From Macrostomum lignano (taxonomy: Eukaryota): a stretch of DNA of 64,000 nt. Shown here piece after piece: positions 42,122 to 56,281 of this stretch. Each line of letters begins with the position of its first letter. Positions within the stretch are counted from its first letter, which is position 1. Under the pieces are notes generated by a model that made no database searches, was not told the origin of the DNA, and saw only the letters and a list, made by a program, of their open reading frames with translations. Position numbers and translations under genes: made by a program. The stretch is from the NCBI GenBank assembly GCA_002269645.1, contig NIVC01000037.1:930001-994000 (forward strand). Reading direction: 5' to 3'.

Positions 42122-42419
42122 CATACATGCGCAACAGTCGGCCGAGTCGGCCAATCCGGCCGACCGATTTGGCAGCCAATCAAGGAAGTCGCAAAAATGC
42201 CCACCCGAAAAATACCAAAGTAGTATTACTAAGTAGCTGACGAGGCATTTTTACCTAATAAGACAGTCATAGTTACTCCTTCCGTTTACCCAAAGTTGCG
42301 TTAATTTTGCTTTAGGGTTTTTATTACATGTAAGTCGCATTTTTGCCCAAAAACTACGTCGCATTTTTGTTAAAACTAAGTCGCATGGCCGACCGAATTT
42401 TGGAGGTTGCGCATGTATG
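42122..42419. mobile_element. hAT-type MITE (298 bp) carrying a 28S rRNA fragment, nested in the EnSpm element
   Basis: Perfect 14-bp TIR CATACATGCGCAAC; perfect 8-bp TSD AGTGTGCG (42114-42121, 42420-42427). Confidence 0.9.
42228..42291 (-). other. Captured 28S rRNA fragment (helix 69-71 region), copy A
   Basis: The reverse complement GGGTAAACGGAAGGAGTAACTATGACTGTCTTATTAGGTAAAAATGCCTCGTCAGCTACTTAGT matches the conserved eukaryotic 28S sequence (recalled from memory) at 51/64 positions ungapped, by hand count. Confidence 0.85.
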
Positions 42420-43989
42420 AGTGTGCGTATGTACCCTAAATTTTAAAATGACACCTTGAAAATTGAAATTAAAAAGTGGATACAGCTTAGGTGCAATCTC
42501 ATTACCTATTTTTCTATTGAAGCCTTATTTGCACTGCCTTTATATTAGAAAAAAATTGTATTCTAAGCCTTAAAATCATAAAACCCTAAAAGTGAGCATA
42601 GGCCCCTAGGGTATGATTTTGCCACTTGTCTCTAGCAAAAAGAAAACCCTACCTAAGTCAATCAATAAAATTACCAATGAAATAATAAGTACAAAAAAAG
42701 TTAATATATGTTTCTATAAATTTAATTTTTTATTTTAAAATTGATTTTAGACTATAAAGTATTTAGGCAATGCAATGCACGTTTTTTATATTTGCTAGCC
42801 TAGTATGATTTAACATTAGGCCTAAGCCTAAATAGCTAGGCCTATGCCCTATGGCTATTAAATACTAGACTTGGCCTAAATCAGATCAAATTTACAATAA
42901 TCATTATTTATTAATAATAGCAACCTTAGGGATCTGCTAGGCTAGCTATGCCAAAAGCAAGTTGCAAGTGTAATTGTAGAATTATTTATTACAAATATTG
43001 TTTTTAAAAATGCAACAAGTCCAAAAGATGCTAATAGGCTTTTTTGAAGAAAATCATAAATTAATAGATTTTTAACAGATTAACTAGATTGACTAGTCAC
43101 AAATCACAAAGTCAAGCTAGTCCCAACCTTAATTAAAATAGGCCTAGCTAGAAGGACCTAAATTGATAGTTATAGGCCTAGCTTAAAATAGGCCTAATAA
43201 GCATACATATAAATAGATAGGTAGGACTAAGAGGAAATTATGAACTTCTAAAGGCCTATTTAAGTTAAAAAAATGAGTAGCCAATCTATGGACATGGCCA
43301 TGGGATTCCTAGAAATTGGATAGGCCTAAATAAATTTATCATGGATTTTACCAAAATTATTAGGCCTATCTATGATAAAATACTGATTTATCTAATTTCT
43401 AATCCCATGGAGGCCATGGTCTTATAAGTTATTGCCTATAGGCTAGGTCTACTAATTTTTTTAAGGTGCTTAAATAGCCATAAACAAGGCAATTTATCTT
43501 TCAAGGCCTTGAACCAAGACATTGACGAATTTAAAAAAGTAATTTAATTTTAAAAAGCACGAAACATTTTTTATTGTTCACTTCTATTTTGTCTATTTTA
43601 ACAAAAAGTGTCCTTTTTTCCGATTATAATTTAGCTTTAAGATATTAATTTTAACTTAAAAGCATATAAATATAATAATTAATTTTAGAAATTTCATAAA
43701 AACGTCTGAATGTGGTGTATCACAGTTTTTTATCGAAGTGGATTCCATGTTGAATCAATATACGCTTATTTCTCATGAATTCCTTGTAAAATCCACATCA
43801 ACATTAGGACAGTAAAAATAAAAAAATAATGCGTAAAAAATACTTTGCATACCATTATGTCATCTTTAAGTCATTAATTTGCAAAAATTAAAGAAACATT
43901 TAAATTCCACATGGCCACGTGGAACCCACGTGGAATCCATGAATCATTTTTCACTGGGAAGGGACATTGCCACTAATATATAATTTTGG

Positions 43990-44585
43990 ATTAAAAATTT
44001 GTATTATTGCACTTGATAAGCCAAGGATTACTGCACTTAGTAAACCAAGGATTATTGCATTTGATAGGCCAATGATTATTGCACTTGATAAATCAAGGAT
44101 TACTGCGTTTGATAAACCAAGGATTACTGCACTTGATAAACCAAGGATTATTGCACTTGATAAACCAAGGATTATTGCACTGGATAAGCCAAGGATTATT
44201 GCACTTAATAAGCCATGGATTATTGCACTTGATAATAAAGAATATTGCATTTGATAAGCCAAGGATTATTGCAATGATAAACCAAGGATTACTGCTCTAG
44301 ATAAACCAAGGATTATTGCACTTGATAAGCCAAGGACTATTGCACTTGATAAAACAAGTATTATTGCACTTGATAAGCCAAGGATTACTAAGTAAACCTA
44401 TTGATACGTTTAAATAGTGCCGTGTCGTTCTTGAGTCCGACCAGCGCTTCCGGCGCGATATCCTTACACTTAATAAACCAAGGATTATTGCACTTGATAG
44501 ACCAATGACTATTGCACTTGATAAACCAAGGATTATTGCACTTGATAAGCCAAGGATTACTGCACTTGATATATTAAATATTATT
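43990..44585. repeat. 24-bp minisatellite GCACTTGATAAACCAAGGATTATT
   Basis: 8-aa periodic ORF ALDKPRII. Confidence 0.95.
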
Positions 44586-46348
44586 GCACTTGATATGCTT
44601 GCTATCCCTATTGGAATAAATGTTAAAAACCCGCGGACGCACGCTTTAGAAAAGAGTCAAACTATTTTACCGCGCTTTAGGATTATTAGAGATGTTCCGA
44701 AAGATCTGCAGTTTCGTCGAAATCAAAATTCGCTAACTTTCCAAAATCAAAATTGAAATTTCCCGAAATCATAATTCAGAAAAACAAAGTTTAGTATGAT
44801 CAACACTCACTTTTTTACTTTTAATTTACTGCTTAAGCAAAAAGTAATACATGTATATGTAGTAGAAAGTAGTTTATTTTTAGCGACTTTTTAAACACTA
44901 CCAAAGTTTTCACTTCTAAATTTTATTTCGAAATTGAAATTTGCTCTAAAAAATTTCAAATTTTGGAAAATTGAAATTGAATTTTCGGAACATCTATAAG
45001 CTTAATAAATTACGAGTGTATAAGCCCCTTCAACAGAGGTATTATACCCATTTCCATGTATATGTATTTGCTAGAGCAGCAGCCAGTAAGAAAGGGCAGC
45101 GCGCGCAGGCGCTGCGCCTGTGCGCGCGCTGCGCTTTAGAAAAATTTCAAAAGTGCGCCGGACACCGTCCGCGGTTTTACAACTTTTTCCTATAGGGCTT
45201 GCTATCTGGCATGATGCTTGCTATCTAGGTAGATGTTTGCTATCTGGGGTGATACTTGCTATGAACATTAGGGGATCCTTGATATCTGTGGTTGCTTACT
45301 TTCTGAGGGGGGTGCTTGCTATCTAGGGAGATGCTTGCTGTCTTGGGAATATTTTCTAATTAGGGGGAGCTATATTTTGTTGTCTATTTGTTAATTTTAG
45401 AGAAAAAGTGATTCATAGCAAACATCTTTGTCCGTGACAATTTTACATAAATAAGGTGATTTTTAAAAGTACAAAGTAAAGCTTTTTTAATTGTTTTCCA
45501 TGAACTATTTTTGCTCTTTTCTTATTAGGCACCCCGAAGGAGGGCTGCACTAGATTGCTAGTAGGCCCCTAATAGCTTCTAGCTAATATTCTGCCATAGT
45601 TATGGCTATAGTATAGCTATAATAAAATTAGTGCCTATGGCAACTATGGATGAATTCAGGTTGTTTTGCCCCTAAACTATCTTAGCCATGGACATTTTGC
45701 CCCCAGACCATTTTGCCCATAACCCAGTTTGGCTATAGGCATTTTAGTGACAAATTGCTTTTGTGACACCCACCAAACTCTATCTCAAAAAAAAAAAAAA
45801 AAACAAATAGAGCTAAAGTAGCAAATAAAAAGCAGCTTTACCTTATAAATACAATAAGTAATATTAAAATTAACATTTAGGTAATAAGCCTAGAACTATA
45901 TTTTCAAAATCCTAGTATTTTAGTTAGCCTGAGTTTTCAAGCTTGCTTTATACAAATAGAAAACTTTGGAAGACTAAAGACTTAGAAGATCATTAGAGCC
46001 ATTGATATGATAAATATGGGTAAAATAATAGAATTAGAAAATGAATGTATTCTGCTAGTTTCAACATTTTGTAAAATGAGCTTTTACGTCCTTGGGGTAA
46101 AGGACTTGTGCAATAGATTTTTGGTGCCATATACACATTATGCTTGGGATAGTATTGGGGCTTGATTAAATTAGGATAAGTATTTTCACTTAATACAAAG
46201 GAAGCTCTTAAGTTCTTCATTGTCAAGTACTAAGCCCTATTGCAGCACATGGCTTAAGTATGCCAGACGCCTACACAACCTGCGCCACGCTGTGAAATGA
46301 CTTACCTATGAAAGAAACCCTAAAGCAAAATTAAACGGCAAACGTTTT

Positions 46349-46412
46349 GGGTAAACGGCAGGAGTAACTATGACTGTCTTATCAAGCCTAAATGCCTCGG
46401 CATCTAATTAGT
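46349..46412 (+). other. Captured 28S rRNA fragment (helix 69-71 region), copy B
   Basis: GGGTAAACGGCAGGAGTAACTATGACTGTCTTATCAAGCCTAAATGCCTCGGCATCTAATTAGT matches conserved 28S at 54/64 by hand count. It sits in a ~160-bp module (46295-46452) shared with the MITE at 42122-42419. Confidence 0.85.
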
Positions 46413-47201
46413 ACTACGCCCGTATTCTATGGGGTAGCATTTTTGCGACTTACCCCTGGTCCACCACCAATGCTGCGCCGCGCAGGCTGATCCACGCCGG
46501 ACGCCGTCCGCCAAAATGCCCATGAGCTGCAATCAGGGTACTAAGTAGATTTTTATGCCCTATATGTTATTGTTGGGATAGTATGGTGTTCTAAGATAAA
46601 TAATCGCAATAAGAAAGCCCCTAGCCTTTGCCACCAATGAAAGCTAAAAGAAAAAAGGAAAAGGAAAAAAGAAAAGAGAAAAAAAGAGTAGAGAAAAGAA
46701 AGAAGGCAATCAACTTAATAGATACAAGTTAAGCACCACAGATATATTCCTGCAGCTAACTATTGGTTAAATATATGTATTTATTTAGTTATTATGTAGA
46801 TTTAATTTTCTATAAATTTTTCTTTTTCTAAAAATATTTTAGAAGGCTTACAATTGATATATTTAATTAACAATTATAAAAACAAATTGTTAATTTTTTA
46901 TTTTTAAGCCCAAAGTTAAAATTTATTTTCATTTAATAATTGATTTGACAAGTCAACCAATTAATCTTCCTAAGCCAAAAAAGTACTATTTTCATTAAAG
47001 ACTATATGCTCATGCTAAATTTATTGATTAGTAGTTTGCAAAAACTTCTATACAAAAATATATATTTCAAATTTAAAAATACCATAGCATGCTAAATATT
47101 AATTGTGAGTAGGTTCTTTCTATATATTTTAAATCAGTCAATATTGTCTCAGATAACTTATTGAGCATTGTCAATTATGTGTATATCTATTAACTTATAC
47201 T

Positions 47202-47918
47202 TAGTGATAGATCAAAATTCAATTTCAATATTCCCAATTTCAAACCTAATTTTGCATCAAAATAATTTTGATTTCAATTTCAAATTTTGAAACTATTCAT
47301 CAAAAATCATTTTAAACTGTTGGTTATGTTTTAACAATTATGCATTTATGACCATGTTATACAAGTAAGAAAATCTGTAGGAAATGAAAGGAAGTGCAGT
47401 TCAAAGACTCAATGGGGAGGCAAGAATTGCCTCTTTCGCAAGAAAAGATTGCGCAGGTCACGCACATTGCTCCAGGTCTTGTGCTGCACCTACCTCAACC
47501 TCCATGGAAGCCCACTGGCTGAATACATCAGCTGTAGAATTTAATTGGTTAAATACTTTTAAAGCCTTAATGAAATTGATATATCTACATATAGATCTCC
47601 AGTTTAAACAGTGGTGAATAATAATACACTTTATATATTCTAAGTATAATGTATAATACAAGCATACACTAGCTTTTTCTATTTCGAAAGTTTTTTAGGT
47701 AAATAATTTCAAGTATTTAGGTTTAAACACCAAAGATATTTTATAGAAAAACATGTAAGCTTGTACAATACAGATGCAAGTTGTTAACTTTTTTTGCATA
47801 ATTAGCAAAAAATTAAAAGTTTGTTTAACTTGAAAAATTTTGATTTCAATTTCAATTCTAAAGAACCTAAAGTTTCAATTTCGATTTCAATAAAAAAAGT
47901 AATTTTGATCCATCACTA
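47202..47918. mobile_element. Non-autonomous hAT element (717 bp) with transposase C-terminal remnant
   Basis: TIRs TAGTGATAGATCAAAATT / AATTTTGATCCATCACTA; perfect 8-bp TSD CTTATACT; minus-strand remnant LNSTADVFSQWAS. Confidence 0.85.
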
Positions 47919-48661
47919 CTTATACTATAAAAAATTTTATTTTAATAATGCCAGCTTTCTAGAACTGGATGAAAGTCTTTTAAAATAAAGAGTGTAAAAA
48001 CTTTTATAATTTAGAATTAAAAGCTTTAAAGGTATTTAGAAATTTACTGCTATTAATCTTAAATTTGATTTTGAATTTTTTGTCTTAATTCTCTATTATA
48101 GATTAAAAGCTTATTTATTTGTCTGTTTTATGTTGAAATAAAAGAAGTTACACATAAATTATAATATAATAACTTATATTATGCCTGTATTTAACATAGC
48201 CAAACTGAAAGCTTCTAAATAAATAGTGCAATCTAAGAAATTACATACTATAATTTTTGCTTAGCCACTTTAAACTAAACATAAAAAAGTGGCATGACAA
48301 TAAAATATTTAAATAAATAAGGTTATTCTGGTTTAGGAATTTAAAAGCAACTTGATTCGTTCCTATTTTATAAAATTTGAGTAATTGCTAGCCAATATGA
48401 GGTCTCTCAAAACTAAATAACAACCTTGTTCCATATTCGTCCTTTCTTAGTATAACTTGTTGCAATTTTCCTTTTATGCTTTGAACGCATCCAGTGAATT
48501 TCTAAAGAAACAGTTTTTCAGGTCTTTCATTAGCACCATTTTTGCAGCTTGCTTCTCAAGGAAGTTCAGACATATTGAAGGCACAGTCTAGGCAGGCCGC
48601 CCGCTTATAGTTAGTAGTATATTAAGAACACAAAGATCTATAAATTATCTCAAGAGTGCCA

Positions 48662-52189
<3,528 letters not shown>

Positions 52190-52192
<3 letters not shown>

Positions 52193-52294
52193 CCGCGGCC
52201 CAGTGGGTCCTCCGCTGGGGGCCGGGGCGGCGGGCGGCGGCACCGGGGAGAGCAGCTTGTGACCGCGGCCGCCGTCGCCACGAGCGGGCTCTGA
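52190..52294 (+). promoter_or_regulatory. Candidate stop-codon readthrough element (UAG-C, 6-nt spacer, hairpin, 33-codon extension to UGA)
   Basis: Stem 52199-52206 pairs with 52212-52219 (7 Watson-Crick pairs + 1 G-U, loop GUCCU). The frame stays open to TGA 52292-52294. Confidence 0.45.
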
Positions 52295-55200
52295 GATGAG
52301 AGGGGGGCCGCAAATGAAGGGTAACGAGAAGCGCGCGATAGAGCTATGGGGTGATTAGATGGATTAAGTTTAGACGTATTTTTATTATCTATCAGTTATT
52401 ATTATTATCAATTATAATTAAAATACTTCTGGGATTCAGTTATGTATTCTTATGGAGTCTTCTCTGGCATTCATTTCCTTGCTTGAATTGTTAGGTTTGT
52501 ATGTTGTGCTTGAATTGTTTGTTGGCTAACTACTGTTAGTAGCTAAAAAGAGTATGCGGGGTCAGCATTGGCTAGGTTAGGTAGATAGCAGGCTTAAAAT
52601 TATATCGATAGTTATTAGGGCGCGCTCTCATTCATTTGCGCTGCTGCCTACTGCCTCTCTCTCTGCCGGAGCAACTGCAACAACACCAGCCAGCAAAGTC
52701 ATCTTGGCTGACTGCCCGCCCGCCTGCCTGCCTGCCTCGCCTTCGCTGCCCCTGATCACCGTTCGTCAGTTTTGTTTGTTCGATCGAAACAAATTGGCGA
52801 TTTGGTCAGCAAGGAGGACCCACTTTGTAATATCCTCGAGTTTTATGGAATGAGTATTGTAATGTGAAGCTTCAAGGTTTTCTCAAGCTTCGGATAACGG
52901 CTGTCTATTATTAACTTACCTGACTGACAGACAAGACAAGCAAGGAATTGACACGAGAACTCTGTATATTTTTAACTGACCTAATTTTGATTTAACTTTT
53001 TTTTCCGACTGCAGTTCTGTAATTTTTTGAAATAATACTGTCTAAATTCCTTTATTTCTATCCGGACAGTTTTAAAAGAATTAATATTTAAGAAAAAACA
53101 AGTTAAAATATAAATAAAGCGGGCTTTATATTGGGTCTATAAATAACGCAAAACGGCCCTTTTCGGGACTCGTATTAAAACAAATTAACTATGCGATGCA
53201 CACTTAAACATTGTATTCCTGTTCTCGCTTAATACCGTAATTCAATGTTAAAGGTAACCATTATTAATTGTAAAACTATTGTGTGTGTTGGTTTTTTATT
53301 ACAATATCAATTGTTTGTTTTCCAATGTAATCCTATTTGACTATATAATTAATATTTCACCATGTAGCAGTCGCTGTCAAAAGTTGTGGTTATTTTTCCC
53401 TTTTCTATTGTGTTTCAAGCCCACTGAAATCCCGATAACTTATTTCCGATACGCTTAAACTATCATTGATCGCATCAAAAACGTAATCGTTCTACATAAT
53501 CTAAAATAATTTTAATGTTTTTGTTTTAACTGGCTGTCAATTTTTTTTTGTTCCAACATTGTTCATTCGAAATTGCAGTCCCCATCGCTTTGCCGCATAG
53601 CAACGATATTTTCATTGCCTTGGTAACGAACCAAGTCAACAGAACTAAGCTGGTTTTTTATCGTTAGCTATGCGGCGAAAAACATGCTGCTCGCGAACTT
53701 GGCGCACTGTTTGTGCAGTGCGTGCTTATTCGACATTACTCCAGTTATTATGAATTAAGACTACTGTTGCTTTAAAGTTTAAAAAAGTTTGGAAACGGAC
53801 TAACTACAGCGTACAACCGACCCGCTTCACCTACTCCGCTTGCGTAAACTGTGCCGCTCTTTGCTTTATTTTCTGGTGGTGTTTCAATCAATTTTAATCA
53901 TCGCACTCACTCATACTGCTATGCATACGAGCGTACCGTAGATCTGACTGTAAGGTCTGATGCTGGAAGGGAAGTTGATTTAAATATAACACGGAGCACG
54001 TATGGAGTCTGTCGCTTAGACACAGATGTGGCTGCACTTGATAGCCCAGTTGATTAAGCTATTGATCAGTTTGGTTGAAAAAATGTTATTAGACTTTTAG
54101 TTAGTCAATTATTTCTGTTAGTCAAGTCGGGTACTGTCGGGTAAGCGGAACAAACAAATCCAAGGATATATGAATGGATGCGAACTGTCGTGGGATTGCA
54201 CATCATTTTACCTGCTATTTTTATTAAAATCCGCTGTAGAGCTGCTTTCAGAATCAGGAGTGCTTTCTGTTTTTTGGTCTTCGCAAGAGTTCCCAATGAG
54301 CGAGACTGTTCAGACCATGGATGAAGGGATAACATGGATTGCTCATCTGAAATGCGTCCATGGTCAATTCGGCTGATGAAAAATAAAACAGATATAAAGA
54401 TTTTCCGGACATTATTTGCGTTCTCCTGGATTTTATTTGGTAAAAACCAATAATATGCGGTAAAATCTGTTTATCTATGGTTTATATAGATTAAACGCCT
54501 TTTCGGGAGCTATTACCCCGTAGGATTTGACTCCAAGTCCAAGTTTCAGATGAGCAATCCATGTTATTCCTTCATCCATGGCTCAGACTAAATATCACTT
54601 GGGATATCGCGAAAATTTGGCCGTTACGTGTACGATCACACAGCGCTTCAGAGTTAGATCTACCTGACTTATTCAATTGCATTCTGATGTTCAGAGATTA
54701 TATAACAGTTTTTTAGTTGCTCTAAGGCCTTTTCGTATCGCTTGTTCTGGTTCTAGAACCAGATCCATATTGCAAAGTATAACTTTTTGACTCCTAAACT
54801 AAAGGGATATAAGTGCTTTTAAGTTGTAATTATTGAATGGAAATAGCCAAGAAAGTGAAAAATCGTGCAAAATGAGGCTGTTAGGGCAGTCAAACATTCA
54901 ACAAAGTTAAATAATTATACTGCTTTTTTCTTGGAAGATCCACACCGATTCTGGTTCTGGAATTGTGAAAAGCCCGTTCCTTTTTGTTTAACCTATTGTC
55001 TGAAAGATAGCGCTAATTTGAACTGGAATGGTGGATCGCGCGGTGGGTGATCGCGCGCGCGTATCAATTGACTCGTCCGCCCTCAAACAAAAATTGGTAA
55101 AACGACAATAAATCCTGAATCCAATCCAGGCTACTCGAATCAAATGCCTGAATCAAATGTCTAAGTTTGTTCTTAAATTAATCTTGTCTAAAGACGTAAT

Positions 55201-55671
55201 TGCAGCAATTTCTAATTAGGCCTAATTAACTCATTTATTATTATTTATATTACAAATTATTTATATTAGGCCTAATTAACTCATTTATTATTATTTATAT
55301 TTGTAATATAAAGGATTGATTTTTACTAACCTAGTCTAGAAATCTTAAAAAATCGGCTAGGCCTAGTGCTGATCTAATCCAAACAGTAGGTCTAGTCTAT
55401 GTTTAGAACACAATCCAAATAACAATATTGAGTTAAGTTTAAAAGATAAATGACAAAGAAGGAATCTCAAAGTTGAAGTGAAGATAGGCCAAACACTAAC
55501 ATCTTGTTAAAATTAATATATAGTAATATACAGCTATTTTAAGTCTACTAATTTTAGATCTAGTTATACATTGTTAGAATTGATTTGAATTTTTTGTGCA
55601 CTAAATTGCTCTAATAAATATCTACTAAACTGTTATAAAAATAAAAATTATTAAAATATAATAGGCCCAGT

Positions 55672-56281
55672 GGCAATCTTTTACTTTACTGCGTTTAATT
55701 ATTTTTCACTTTTCTTTCTCATTTCTGCCAACTTACTGATGGCTGGAAGGCCCTCTGCGCCCACTATGATTGTGCCCATGGCCAATCTAAGGCCAGCATG
55801 GTGGAGCGTGGCACCAACAAGGCCATGATGGTGCCTGTGCCAAGCCGCGATGCTGCTACGCTGCTAGGGCCTACCAATCATCCAGCAGCACATTCTTCCA
55901 GGCACTCGGATTATTACTGATAGATGGCAGGCCTACAATGGCTTGCAGAACCATGATGTTGTGAATCATTGACTCCATTTTGCTGACCCTAATGACCTAT
56001 CAATCCACACAAATACCATTGAGAGGTCGTGGGCCCATGTCAAGGCAAAGTTTTGGGGTGATGCATGGCACTTCCGAAGCTCTGTTTGAAAGCCATCTCA
56101 GCGAGTATCTCTAGCCTAGAAAGGAGTTTGGCAACTTCCTGTACTGGGTGGCTCATTATTACTGACTAATTGACTTACCTGACACTTAAATACACTTACC
56201 TTTTATCCTCCTACCATCTTTATGTTCTGAAATTTAAAAAGAACCATTAAAAAATTAAACACAATAAAGTAAAAGATTGCC
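55672..56281 (+). mobile_element. Internally deleted Merlin (IS1016/ISXO2-like) DNA transposon, 610 bp
   Basis: TIRs GGCAATCTTTTACTTTA(C/T)TG(C/T)GTTTAATT; perfect 8-bp TSD GGCCCAGT; transposase remnant MVERGTNK...PIIQQHILPGTRIITDRWQAY...VNH...IHTNTIERSWAHVK, with a frameshift and stops. Confidence 0.88.

Larger units (their letters stand above)
41122..43958. mobile_element. Non-autonomous EnSpm/CMC-type element, 2.8 kb
   Basis: TIRs CCCAGTGAAAAAAATGA..GGATTCCA(T/C)GTGG and the inverse ending CACTGGG; 2-bp TSD AA; subterminal CCACATGG/CCACGTGG repeats; exon remnant (- strand, ~41845-41965) LAFEEACKATWNLNL. Confidence 0.75.

Noticed and set aside
38341-45563. One long Helitron from the 5' end at 38341 to the hairpin-CTAGT at ~45530-45563
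   Set aside because: It would straddle the MULE right TIR/TSD and a whole EnSpm element; these are more likely two independent fragments.
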